From positions 32,001-96,000 of the forward strand of contig CAVPSJ010000020.1 in the NCBI GenBank assembly GCA_963708295.1: a stretch of 64,000 nucleotides of DNA, written 5' to 3'. The position numbers and the translations under genes are program-made. This document shows, one piece after another, positions 42,742-51,884 of this stretch (positions within the stretch are counted from its first letter, which is position 1; each line of letters starts with the position of its first letter). Source of the DNA: an uncultured delta proteobacterium. Lineage in GTDB: Bacteria > Desulfobacterota > BSN033 > UBA1163. The notes under the pieces were generated by a model. That model had not been told where the DNA came from. It worked only from the letters and a program-made list of their open reading frames with translations, and made no database searches.

Positions 42742-42755
42742 AACCAACGTCCCCT

Positions 42756-43306
42756 CTGTTTACTAACGCCAAATCTTCATTCATCTCTAAAAGCGGACTG
42801 ATCCGATCCTCCCTGAGTGCCTTCACATCATTCACATTCACTCTTCTCCCCAGGTTACGGCTCAGAATATTCTGCAAACTATTGATCAGAGATGTCCTTA
42901 GCCTCACCAAGTGCCCCCGTTTCCTTAGAAGATCTCTTACCGGTCTCTCTTCCCTCGGATAAATGTAACCCTCTGGCAAAATCCCTAACCGCAGCATCTC
43001 CGCCAACCAAAACGCATCGTGTTTATCATCCGAATGCTTTAACCCGGAATATTGTTGAATCGCTGACGGATTGGCCAGGTGGACCTGATACCCGTTCTCC
43101 ATCAGCCCATCCACCATCCAGTACCAGTTATATGTCGATTCCACCGCAATCCCCACGAGCTTCTCCTGAAACGGCTTCAGTGTCTCTCGAACCAATCCAA
43201 TATCATTCGATAACCTCTTCTTAAAAACCCTCTTTCCCTCTCCATCGATGATCCCAATAAAATTGTTGTTGCCATGAAGATCACATCCCGCATATAATCC
43301 CTTCAT
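42756..43306 (-). pseudogene. IS110-family recombinase, N-terminal RuvC-like DEDD domain only, truncated at the TIR element
   Basis: GCDLH, AVEST, ANP, KHSDDKHDA, RDLLRKR; RBS AAGGAGG; C-terminal domain absent. Confidence 0.85.
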
Positions 43307-43410
43307 AAGGCACCTCCTTGGGTTAAGATTCGGCTCTTTGCCCAAGCATACCACACTCCGTGGTATGTTCAGATGGTGCCTTTTATATGATTATCAGGTC
43401 TTGAAATATA

Positions 43411-43484
43411 GCGTGCCCAGCGAAGAGTAGCGCAATCTATCGGGTGGAAGTCCCGTCGTGGTAAAAGCCAGAGCCACGCAGCTT
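43411..43484 (+). ncRNA. Probable 5' fragment (start of domain I) of a group II intron
   Basis: GCGTGCCCAGCG start, CGGGTGGAAGTCCCG stem-loop and CGTGG..CCACG stem; pattern recognition only. Confidence 0.5.
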
Positions 43485-43683
43485 GGATGGCAGGATGGTT
43501 ATGCACTTCAAAGATAAATTGGTTGAACTTAATAGTGGAGAAATGATCGTCATCCCTAAGGGAGTGGAACATAAACCCACATCCAGAGAGGGTTATAAAG
43601 CTCTTCTCATAGAGCCGGAGGGTGTCGCTAATACTGGCGACGTTAAGAGCGAGATGACTATAAAGAAAATAGAATGGATATAG
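43483..43683 (+). pseudogene. C-terminal half of a cupin protein
   Basis: GEMIVIPKGVEHKP..LLIEP..NTGD..EWI*; first cupin motif and RBS missing. Confidence 0.7.
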
Positions 43684-43815
43684 AACCCCATAACTTGCTG
43701 CAGTAAGTAATTCCCATCCCACTCATCTCCAGGCACGCCCCGCACGAACGTCCCACTAATCGGCGAACGTCCCGCTGACCGAATGATCCCATCTCGGGGA
43801 GACACCATTGGCACC

Positions 43816-44217
43816 CTATTGGGTCTCGAGCCACTTCATGGCTTCATCAGGGTCGCTAAACATCTTTACTGTAACGCCGGTATCAGCATATTCTTTAATG
43901 ATTCGTTTCATAACCATTTGTCCTATAATTTTCTCTGGGAGAACAAGAGCCCAATATTTCCACCCTGCCTTAATGACACGAGGCCTCCAAACGGTCGCAG
44001 TCCATTCCATGTCCTCCTTACCGATTACGGTATTTTTTCTGTCATCGGATAACCATTTTCGAGCCCCATTTTTCTCAAGTATCGTAGCTCCTTCACTTAA
44101 TCCGTCCTGCAAATCCTTCCCACATGTAAATTTATGAAATTGATGGTGGACGATCTTCTTATCATGATGATACCATATAGTGATAAATTCGTTGTCAAGA
44201 ACAACTTCTTTTTCCAT
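43816..44217 (-). CDS. Hypothetical protein, STAS/SpoIIAA-like
   Basis: KWLSDDR, WALVLP, FSDPDEAMKWL; RBS AAAGGAG. Confidence 0.7.
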   Translation of the reverse strand: MEKEVVLDNEFITIWYHHDKKIVHHQFHKFTCGKDLQDGLSEGATILEKNGARKWLSDDRKNTVIGKEDMEWTATVWRPRVIKAGWKYWALVLPEKIIGQMVMKRIIKEYADTGVTVKMFSDPDEAMKWLETQ

Positions 44218-44406
44218 AATTCAAGCTCCTTTCAAAAGATTGGCCGGCAAGTGTCGCGCAAGCCCCGCTTCCAGGGGGGAAGGGTATAATTGAAAAGATA
44301 TTTCCTTTGCTCGCATTCCTCTCGCCACTGGTGGAATGTGGAGTCACCCATTGGCGCCTGTTAAGAGGTGGCGGGGTCGGCCCCTCGAAATTGGTCCGGG
44401 GCCGCG

Positions 44407-44682
44407 TTAAAGCCTTTTCTTTATCGTATCATAAACCTTTTTTCTATGAATGATACCGAGTATCCAAACCTCTTCATCCACAATTCTAAAGACTACGCGA
44501 TAATCCCCAACTCTCAACTTCCAATAGCCACGGAGTGTTTTTCGCAATGGTTCACCGTATTGATGAGGCGCTGTCGTCAGCCGGTTTTCAACAGCGTTCT
44601 TAATGCGAGTTCGGAGCCTTGCGTCAAGAAGGGGAATATCCACGGTTTTCACATCAGGATGGTATCTGAGTTCGAATGGCAC
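44407..44682 (-). CDS. RelE/ParE-family toxin
   Basis: GEPLRKTLRGYWKLRVGDYRVVF..IIHRKKVY. Confidence 0.9.
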   Translation of the reverse strand: MPFELRYHPDVKTVDIPLLDARLRTRIKNAVENRLTTAPHQYGEPLRKTLRGYWKLRVGDYRVVFRIVDEEVWILGIIHRKKVYDTIKKRL

Positions 44683-44684
44683 AG

Positions 44685-44909
44685 TTACCAAACCTCATGA
44701 TGCTTCAGTGCCTTTGTTCTTGCGAATGTCCGTTCTCTTTTCTCCGCGAATGCCGAAAGCGCTCTATCCTCCTCGATGTCCAGCGCCTCTTTCACGAGGT
44801 CCCGTACTTTTAACGAGAGGGAAACACCATCTCTGCTCGCCAGTTGCTCGATGGTATGGTAAAGAGGCTTCTCCAGAACGACGTTGATCCGTGGGTTCTT
44901 TGCGGGCAT
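44685..44909 (-). CDS. RHH-type antitoxin
   Basis: PRINVVL..SLSLKVRDLVKEAL..ED, HHEVW; directly upstream of the toxin. Confidence 0.85.
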   Translation of the reverse strand: MPAKNPRINVVLEKPLYHTIEQLASRDGVSLSLKVRDLVKEALDIEEDRALSAFAEKRERTFARTKALKHHEVW

Positions 44910-44928
44910 AATTCTTACCTCCAAAGCT

Positions 44929-44958
44929 AATGTAACACTTTTGACACACTAGCGTCAA
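44929..44958 (-). promoter_or_regulatory. TA promoter/operator
   Basis: TTGACG..TGnTACATT with repeated AGTGTGTCA / AGTGTTACA. Confidence 0.5.
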
Positions 44959-45105
44959 CCAAATGTTTCCCTGACCCGTCCCCTCGATTCGATGGTTGAC
45001 GCCTGCCCCGTCCGTTGCTATCTTTAAATAGAGGATTTCAGTGATCCTTTTCGCATCTGAGCGAATTTGCACAAAAAAGAGACTCTCGAAAAGCGAGGTT
45101 TTTCA

Positions 45106-45886
45106 ATGGCAGGATCAACCATCTGGAAAGGGACCATCCACTTCGGGGATACGGATTTGGCCGTAAAGCTTCATACTGCGGTGAGGGAAGAACGGATTCA
45201 GTTTCACCTCCTCCACAAGCACGACAAGGTGAGACTGCGTCAGCAGATGGTCTGTGCGTACGAGAAACAGCCGGTGCCGGCGGAAGAACAGTCCAAAGGG
45301 TTTGAAGTGGAGGAAGGAAGGTATATTATCGTAGATCCGGAGGAACTCGAACAAACCGCTTCCGAAAGCAGCCGGATGATCGAGGTTCATGAATTCGTCA
45401 AAACGGAGCAAATTGACCCCTTTTTCCTAGGACGCGTCTATTCTCTGGAGCCGGATAATCCGGAAATTCATGGAAAGGGATACAACGCGCTTGTCGGAGC
45501 TTTGAAAGAGATGGATGTGGAAGGCATCTGCACCTGGACCATGAGAAAGCGGTCCTATCTCGGGGCCCTGCAGGCACGCGGGAAGGTTCTTCGTTTGAAT
45601 ACGCTGCGGTATGCCGACGAGGTGATTCCGGTAGAATCTCTCCAACTGCAGGACGTTCCGGTGTCGGAAAAGGAGCTGAAAATCGGGAGCGATTTAATCA
45701 AGCAGTTGACGGCTCCTTTTGAGCCGGGGAAGTTTGAAAATGAACATGAGAAGAAGTTGCAGGATATGATCGCGAAAAAAGCCCGCGGGGAGAAGATGGC
45801 GGTCCTGGCCCCTAGAGCGCTTGAAACCCACGAAATCAGACCAGTTGCTTCAGGTTCTCGAAGCGAGTCTGAAGAAAGCCGCCTGA
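45106..45886 (+). CDS. ku: Ku protein 1 (frameshift near 45817; inferred true C-terminus LLQVLEASLKKAA*)
   Basis: IWKGTIHFG, FHLLH, KGFEV, LRYADEV. Confidence 0.85.
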
Positions 45887-45912
45887 CGGGAAGCATGAGA
45901 GGGCAGGGACAA

Positions 45913-46030
45913 CCCATCCCCACCCCAGCCCTCCCCTTGAAAGGGAGGGGGAAGTTATATTTCTCGTCCTTGAAAGGAGGGTGAAATTATACTTCTCCCC
46001 CTTCAAGGGGGAGATTAGAGGGGGATGGGG
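45913..46030. repeat. Family-A palindromic repeat between the two ku genes
   Basis: CCCTCCCCTTGAAAGGGAGGG and CTCCCCCTTCAAGGGGGAG hairpins. Confidence 0.75.
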
Positions 46031-46045
46031 TTTCGGAGGAATGAG

Positions 46046-46828
46046 ATGGCTGTGCAGGGAATATGGAGTGGAACGATCAGTTTCAGCCTGGTGGCGATCC
46101 CGGTACGGTTGGTGACCGCCGTTGAGCCAGGCCGGGTCTCATTTCACCTGCTCCACAATAAGGATTATTCTCCCCTCACAAGAAGAATGGTTTGTCCGAA
46201 AGAAGGAACGACTGTCCCGCGGGATGAGATCATAAGGGGATATGAGATCGCGCCCGACCAATACGTCCTGATAACGGACGAGGAACTGGAATCCGTCTCG
46301 CCGGAGCGGAGCCGCACGATCGAGATCGTCGAGTTCATCGATCTGAAGGAAGTGGACCCGATCTATTATGATCACCCCTATTATCTCGTTCCTTCGAAAG
46401 GGGGCGAAAAAGCGTATCGGCTGCTGGTCGAGGTGTTGCGCCGGACAAACAAGGCAGGGCTCGCAAAATTCGTCCTGGCTGAACGTGAGTATCTGGTGGC
46501 TGTTATACCCAGGGACGAAGCGCTGGCCCTCATCACGCTCCATTACAGCGATGAAACCCTGCCCGATGAAGGCCTTTCACCAAAGAAAGGGAAGAACGGG
46601 GCCGAGGAGGAAAACCGGATGAAGAAAAGCGTGAAGCAGATGATCAAAGATTTTCATCCGGAAAAATACGCGAACGAGCGCCGGAAAAGGATTATGGGGC
46701 TCTTGGAGGCGAAGGCGAAAGAAAAACCCCCGGTGGAGGCTCCTGCGGTAGAGGAGAAGGAGGGGGAAGGTCCGGCCGATCTGGTGGCTGCGCTGGAGGA
46801 GAGTATGCGGAAAATGAAAGCCAGTTAG
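46046..46828 (+). CDS. ku: Ku protein 2
   Basis: IWSGTISFSLVAIPV, RGYE, DPIYYDHPYYL, DLVAALEES. Confidence 0.92.
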   Translation: MAVQGIWSGTISFSLVAIPVRLVTAVEPGRVSFHLLHNKDYSPLTRRMVCPKEGTTVPRDEIIRGYEIAPDQYVLITDEELESVSPERSRTIEIVEFIDLKEVDPIYYDHPYYLVPSKGGEKAYRLLVEVLRRTNKAGLAKFVLAEREYLVAVIPRDEALALITLHYSDETLPDEGLSPKKGKNGAEEENRMKKSVKQMIKDFHPEKYANERRKRIMGLLEAKAKEKPPVEAPAVEEKEGEGPADLVAALEESMRKMKAS

Positions 46829-46932
46829 AGACCCTGCTTTCTAGCGATCTAAGATTGTCGCTTTGTTCCGCTTACCTACTAATGAAGTAAAAACAATCGC
46901 CGCGGCTTTTTCTAACGGGGCAAGGAGAAACG

Positions 46933-47838
46933 GTGAGCCGTACATTCGTCAAGATGGCCGGGAGGAGACTCTCTTTATCTAACCTCGAAAAGGACCTTTA
47001 CGCTTCCTACGGTTTCACAAAGGCCCACATCTTGGAATACTACCGCCGGATCGCACCGTTCATGCTCCCTCATTTGAGAGACCGGGCATTGACCTTGAAG
47101 CGTTATCCGGAAGGGGTGGAAAAGGATTTCTTTTTCGAGAAGCGTTGTCCTTCTCACCGTCCGGCCTGGGTGAAAACAGCAGAGATCCCGCAGGAGGACG
47201 GAGAGCGGATGACGGTCTGCCTGGTCAACGATCTGGATACACTGATATGGGCGGAGAACCTTGCGTCCATTGAACTCCATGTGCCGCAAGCCAGGGCCGC
47301 TTCTCCCGAGATGGCCGATTCGATGGTCTTTGACCTGGATCCCGGCGATCCAGCAGGCATCCTGGAGTGTGCCCGGGTGGCGCTGATCCTTCGGGAACTG
47401 CTCTCCCGGATGGGGCTTGCGAGCTATGTCAAGACTTCAGGGAAAAAAGGGCTCCATGTCTATGTTCCCTTGAACCGGAAAGGAACCACCTTCGAGGATA
47501 CCAAGACGTTTTCAAAGGCTGTTGCAGAAATCATGCAGAAGCATTATCCGGATCTGGTGACTGCGAAAATGACAAAGGAAAACCGGAGCGGAAAGGTTTT
47601 TATCAACTGGTCTCAAAACGACGCATCGAAGACGATGATCTGCGTTTACTCTCTGCGCGCCCGGGAGAAACCATTCGTCTCGTTTCCGCTCGAATGGAAG
47701 GAAATCGACCCTCTGGCCGGGCGTGGCGATCCGGAAAGGCTGCAAGTCATACATTCAGAGGCGGTGAAAAGAGTTGAAAAAAAAGGTGACCTTTTTCGAG
47801 AGGTGCTCGTGAAAGAGCAGAAGCTTCCTCATTTATAG
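46933..47838 (+). CDS. LigD polymerase (AEP primase-polymerase) stand-alone domain
   Basis: LSNLEK, RYPEG..FFEK, FDLDP, KTSGKKGLH, YSLRAR. Confidence 0.92.
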   Translation: MSRTFVKMAGRRLSLSNLEKDLYASYGFTKAHILEYYRRIAPFMLPHLRDRALTLKRYPEGVEKDFFFEKRCPSHRPAWVKTAEIPQEDGERMTVCLVNDLDTLIWAENLASIELHVPQARAASPEMADSMVFDLDPGDPAGILECARVALILRELLSRMGLASYVKTSGKKGLHVYVPLNRKGTTFEDTKTFSKAVAEIMQKHYPDLVTAKMTKENRSGKVFINWSQNDASKTMICVYSLRAREKPFVSFPLEWKEIDPLAGRGDPERLQVIHSEAVKRVEKKGDLFREVLVKEQKLPHL

Positions 47839-47839
47839 C

Positions 47840-48000
47840 TTCCCCTTAACCCCCCTCTTTCCCCCCTTAAATTAAGGGGGGATGAGGTGGTTTGCGTTAA
47901 ATTAAGGGGGGAGGAGGGTGGGTTCCCTAAATCCCTAAATTAAGAGGGATGAAGAGGGGTTACCCCTCCCCTTAGAGTAAGGGGAGGTCCGGAGGGGTTA
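47840..48000. repeat. Family-A-like hairpin repeat variant (CCCCCTTAAATTAAGGGGG)
   Basis: Several TAAATTAAG-centred palindromes. Confidence 0.65.
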
Positions 48001-48011
48001 CGAGGACTGTT

Positions 48012-49622
48012 ATGGGATTAAAAGATTACGCAGCTAAACGGGAATTCGAGAAAACACCCGAGCCGAAACCGGGCCTTCGACAGAAGGGAGACCGTCTCGT
48101 TTTTGTCGTTCAAAAGCACGCGGCACGGGCCCTTCATTATGATCTCAGGCTGGAGCTGGAAGGGGTGCTGAAGAGCTGGGCCGTGCCGAGGGGGCCCTCG
48201 CTGAATCCTTCCTTGAAAAGGCTGGCGGTTCTGGTTGAAGACCACCCGCTGGATTACAAGGATTTTGAAGGTGTTATTCCGGAGGGCAGTTACGGCGCAG
48301 GAAGCGTGATCATCTGGGACAGGGGTTTTTATCGTCACCCTTCCACCCGAGATGAGAACGAAAGTGAGAAACTTCTCCTGGACGGGTTCAGAAAAGGGGA
48401 TTTGAAGTTCGTCCTTGAAGGGGAAAAGCTTCACGGTGAATTCGCGCTGGTAAGAATGAGAAAAGACGAGAAATCGTGGCTTCTCCTGAAGAAAAAAGAC
48501 CGATATGCGGCCCAGGGGGAGATTCTCAAGGAGAGCCGTTCCGTCGTGTCCCAGAAGACCCTGGAGGAGATGCTCGAGACCGACACTCAGAAGTCGTTCA
48601 GGCAAAAGAAACGAAACCAGATCCGCCTTCACGAAGCGGTGGAAAGCGAAGACCTGGAGGATGCGCCGGTCAAACCGATGCCGCACGGTATAGAACCGAT
48701 GCTCGCGACGCCAGTCACGAAACCATTTGATCATCCGGACTGGATCTTTGAGGTGAAATGGGACGGGTATCGGACCGTTGCCGAAATCAGGGACGGGAGC
48801 GTTTCGCTTTATTCCCGGAACGGGATCTCGTTCGACAAAAAGTACTCTCCTATTGCGGAGTCGCTTCGAAAATTCGGATTTGACGCTGTTCTGGACGGCG
48901 AAATTGTTGTCGTGGATGACCAGGGACGCCCTGATTTCCAGGCGCTGCAGCATTACCAGGACTCCGGGGGCGGTCATTTGCTCTACTACGTTTTCGATCT
49001 CCTCTACTTTCGTGGACATGATCTGACGGACCTACCCTTGGTCAGGCGAAAGGAACTGCTGAAAAAAATTCTTCCGTCCGCCCCCAAAATACGATTCAGC
49101 GATCACGTATGGAAAGAAGGCGTTTTGTTTTATGCCGTTGCTAAAGAAAAGGGACTGGAAGGGATTGTGGCCAAACATTCTCAAAGTGCGTACGAGACGA
49201 GCAGAAGGAGCCGGCAGTGGCTGAAGGTGAAGACGCGGCTCACGCAGGAGGGCGTCGTCGCGGGATTTACAGAACCGGGAGGCAGCAGAAAATATTTTGG
49301 CGCCCTTGTCCTGGGCGTATTCGAAGGGGACGAATTGATTTACATCGGCCATCTGGGAGGCGGATTCACGGCGAACAATCTCAGGGAGATTCGCGAAAAA
49401 TTGGAGCCCCTGATCCAAAAAGAATGTCCCTTCACTTTGAAGCCAGAGACCAATACCCCGGTCACCTGGGTGAAGCCGCAGCTGGTCTGCGAGGTGGCTT
49501 TATCCGGCTGGACTGGAGATGGCGTGATGAGGCAGCCCGTTTTCTTACGGCTCCGGGAGGATAAAACCACCCGCGAGGTGATGCGCGAAATGCCCTTGAG
49601 GAGCGGTGGTGGAGGACAGTAA
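48012..49622 (+). CDS. ligD: LigD phosphoesterase + ATP-dependent DNA ligase
   Basis: QKHAARALHYDLRLE (PE), EVKWDGYR, LDGE, EGIVAK, WLKVK. Confidence 0.92.
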   Translation: MGLKDYAAKREFEKTPEPKPGLRQKGDRLVFVVQKHAARALHYDLRLELEGVLKSWAVPRGPSLNPSLKRLAVLVEDHPLDYKDFEGVIPEGSYGAGSVIIWDRGFYRHPSTRDENESEKLLLDGFRKGDLKFVLEGEKLHGEFALVRMRKDEKSWLLLKKKDRYAAQGEILKESRSVVSQKTLEEMLETDTQKSFRQKKRNQIRLHEAVESEDLEDAPVKPMPHGIEPMLATPVTKPFDHPDWIFEVKWDGYRTVAEIRDGSVSLYSRNGISFDKKYSPIAESLRKFGFDAVLDGEIVVVDDQGRPDFQALQHYQDSGGGHLLYYVFDLLYFRGHDLTDLPLVRRKELLKKILPSAPKIRFSDHVWKEGVLFYAVAKEKGLEGIVAKHSQSAYETSRRSRQWLKVKTRLTQEGVVAGFTEPGGSRKYFGALVLGVFEGDELIYIGHLGGGFTANNLREIREKLEPLIQKECPFTLKPETNTPVTWVKPQLVCEVALSGWTGDGVMRQPVFLRLREDKTTREVMREMPLRSGGGGQ

Positions 49623-49623
49623 A

Positions 49624-50388
49624 ATGATGAAAATCTATGTCGGCACAAGCGGGTATGCGTACAAAGAATGGAGAGGAAAATTCTACCCTGAAAAGATCTC
49701 GCCCAAGGAAATGCTTCGCTTCTATTCGGAACGACTCGCCGCGGTCGAGATCAATAATACCTTCTATCGCATGCCCAAAGAGAGCGTGCTCGTATCCTGG
49801 GGAGAACAGGTTCCGGGAGGTTTCGTCTTCGCGCTCAAAGCGCCCCAGGTCATAACGCATCTGAAGCGGTTGAGAGATGTGTCCGAGGAGACCGACTACC
49901 TCTTCAGGACACTGTCGGTTCTGGACAGGAAGCTTGGGCCGGTCCTCTTTCAGTTTCCCAAGAGTTTTCGTGCAGACCGGTCCGCGCTGGAAGATTTTCT
50001 CGCACTGATTCCCCGCGATATGGCCTCGGCGTTCGAATTCCGCAGCCCATCCTGGCTCAATGACGACATTCTGGACCTCCTTCGTAAAAAGGGAGCCAGC
50101 CTGTGCACCGCCGATTCGGATGAGAATCCGGTACATGAGATCATTCCTACGGCATCATGGGGATATCTGCGCCTGCGCCGTCCCGACTACACGGATGCCG
50201 ATCTGTCGCAATGGATGGAAAGAATCCTTTCGCAAAAATGGGAGAGGGCCTTCGTGTTTTTTAAGCATGAAGACGAGGCGGGGGGGGCCGAGATGGCGAT
50301 GCGTTTTCAAGAGCTTATCGATTCAAGGATGAAGAAAATCGACCCATTCGATTCCCCCGTCCGAAGCCCGGGGTATGCTCAGGGTTGA
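49624..50388 (+). CDS. DUF72 family protein
   Basis: VGTSGY, VEINNTFY, ITHLKRL, EFRSPSW, YLRLR. Confidence 0.9.
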   Translation: MMKIYVGTSGYAYKEWRGKFYPEKISPKEMLRFYSERLAAVEINNTFYRMPKESVLVSWGEQVPGGFVFALKAPQVITHLKRLRDVSEETDYLFRTLSVLDRKLGPVLFQFPKSFRADRSALEDFLALIPRDMASAFEFRSPSWLNDDILDLLRKKGASLCTADSDENPVHEIIPTASWGYLRLRRPDYTDADLSQWMERILSQKWERAFVFFKHEDEAGGAEMAMRFQELIDSRMKKIDPFDSPVRSPGYAQG

Positions 50389-50447
50389 TACTGAGCGGCG
50401 CTTTTTACCCCAATCCAAAATCGGGGTTTGGCGCTGTCGAACGTATC
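50337..50447. repeat. Repeat family D, copy 2 (supplies DUF72 C-terminus and stop)
   Basis: Direct repeat of 41392-41529 without a ~26-bp nested insert. Confidence 0.75.
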
Positions 50448-50557
50448 GAAACAGGAAGAATAAGGAAAGCCGCTTAGAGAACAAGTTCTGTCCCCTGGGG
50501 GACCGTTACTTAAGTCTTCTCGGAAGATATCGCAGAAAAATCCGGCGTCCGGCGAAT

Positions 50558-51658
50558 CTATCCCGGGAATTTTCTTTCCTTTAGAATCTCCCGGTGCAAT
50601 TCGTTAAAGTTCTTCGGGGGAATAGCATTCGACTTCCTGACCAGCTTCACCGCTGAGGCAGGGCAGGGCACGGCGCAGACTCCACAACCGATGCACCAGT
50701 CTTTATCAATCACGGGGAAATCCCCTTCCATCCTGATGACCTGAACAGGACAGATCTCCACGCAAGCTCCGCAACCCGTACATCGCTCCTTATCTGTTTC
50801 TCTGAGGAAGTAGGTCGCCATCAGGACATCCCTTGGAATTTTCTTTCTTCTGATCGTCCCGACGGACCAGCAACAGCAGCCGCAGCAGTTGCAGGTGTGT
50901 TTGACTCCTTCCCTGGCATTGTCCACGAGATGAACCAGGCCTGCTTGTTCAGATTTTCTAATGACCTCAAGGGCCTCTTTTTTCGTAATCTCTCTCCCGA
51001 TGTCCTTCTCGATCAGATATTCTGCAAGGTCATCGTATTTGATACAGTTCTCAAGAGAATGATCGCATCTCTTCTTTCCAATCAGATGGGCGGTTGCCCG
51101 GCACGGACAATGGACCAGCGCAATCATGTTAACCTTCTCGATGACCCGCTCCATCATCTCAAAAGGGAATACAGCGTGACTGTCCGGCTCAAAAGACGGA
51201 GTGGCAGGGATATAACGAAAAGGCTTTGTTTTGGCGTTCCCGTAGGCCTCTTTCAATTGCTCTTTCCCGGAATATTTGGCAACCAGCTCCGCCATCTTTT
51301 TTGCATTCGGAGTATTGACCCCTCTCCAGAAAAAGGTCTGGGGGAAGCCGTACCCAAACTGTTGGAGCGCATACCCCATACTCCCGTCCTTCATCTTTTT
51401 AGAGAACAGAAGTCCTCGTTGGGCTAAGTTTGATAGGATCGATTTCAGCTCTTCCATTGAAATGTTTTGAGGAGGGGCAATTTTTGCAACCGGGACAGGG
51501 TCAAGAGGGATAACTTTAGTGGGTATGGCTAAGGCCACTTCCGCTTCCAAAGGGGTGAAGTTTACTTTGAGGATCTCCAGAAGCTCTTCTTTCTCCGGAT
51601 ACCCCATGCCCAAAGAAGACAGGTGCCTCGCCAATCGCTTGTAAATTTCATCGGCCAT
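50558..51658 (-). CDS. 4Fe-4S dicluster ferredoxin-domain protein
   Basis: CPCR, GLVH, CNCCGCCC, CTGCGACVEICP, CIGCGVCAVPCP. Confidence 0.88.
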   Translation of the reverse strand: MADEIYKRLARHLSSLGMGYPEKEELLEILKVNFTPLEAEVALAIPTKVIPLDPVPVAKIAPPQNISMEELKSILSNLAQRGLLFSKKMKDGSMGYALQQFGYGFPQTFFWRGVNTPNAKKMAELVAKYSGKEQLKEAYGNAKTKPFRYIPATPSFEPDSHAVFPFEMMERVIEKVNMIALVHCPCRATAHLIGKKRCDHSLENCIKYDDLAEYLIEKDIGREITKKEALEVIRKSEQAGLVHLVDNAREGVKHTCNCCGCCCWSVGTIRRKKIPRDVLMATYFLRETDKERCTGCGACVEICPVQVIRMEGDFPVIDKDWCIGCGVCAVPCPASAVKLVRKSNAIPPKNFNELHREILKERKFPG

Positions 51659-51668
51659 ACAGCCTCCG

Positions 51669-51870
51669 TAGAACCTGGGATGATGGAGTATTGGAGTACT
51701 GGAGTAATGGAAAAAGCAACCTCCAGATTCGAATAAGAAATAACATTGTTTTAGTCATTACTCCATCCATAGAACCTGGAGTATTGGAGTAATGGAGTGC
51801 CTGAGGAACTAAACAGAAAATAACATTGTTTTTATTCATTACCCCATCACTCCACCACTCCATTATTCCA
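51669..51870. repeat. Octamer-periodic inverted repeat (TGGAGTAn ... nTACTCCA), two ~100-bp units
   Basis: TGGAGTAT-TGGAGTAC-TGGAGTAA runs with complementary runs; TAGAACCTGG and AAATAACATTGTTTT duplicated. Confidence 0.75.
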
Positions 51871-51884
51871 TTTTTAACTTATCT

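Larger units (their letters stand above)
41684..42755 (+). mobile_element. 1072-bp element: HUH transposase gene bounded by perfect 26-bp terminal inverted repeats
   Basis: AGGGGACGTTGGTTCTAAAACAACTT (41684-41709) is the exact reverse complement of 42730-42755. Confidence 0.85.

Noticed and set aside
42730-42755. GTTTTAGA resembling a type II CRISPR repeat
   Set aside because: Only two copies, inverted, with no spacers or cas genes; they are TIRs
43686-43815. attC-like site after the cupin fragment (CCATAAC)
   Set aside because: No matching GTTRRRY end or paired boxes found; no integrase in the window
44240-44405. Riboswitch upstream of the 43816 gene
   Set aside because: GC-rich but no recognisable aptamer consensus by eye; needs an Rfam scan
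51669-51870. Possible mini CRISPR array
   Set aside because: 8-nt periodic fold-back with no constant repeat and unique spacer structure
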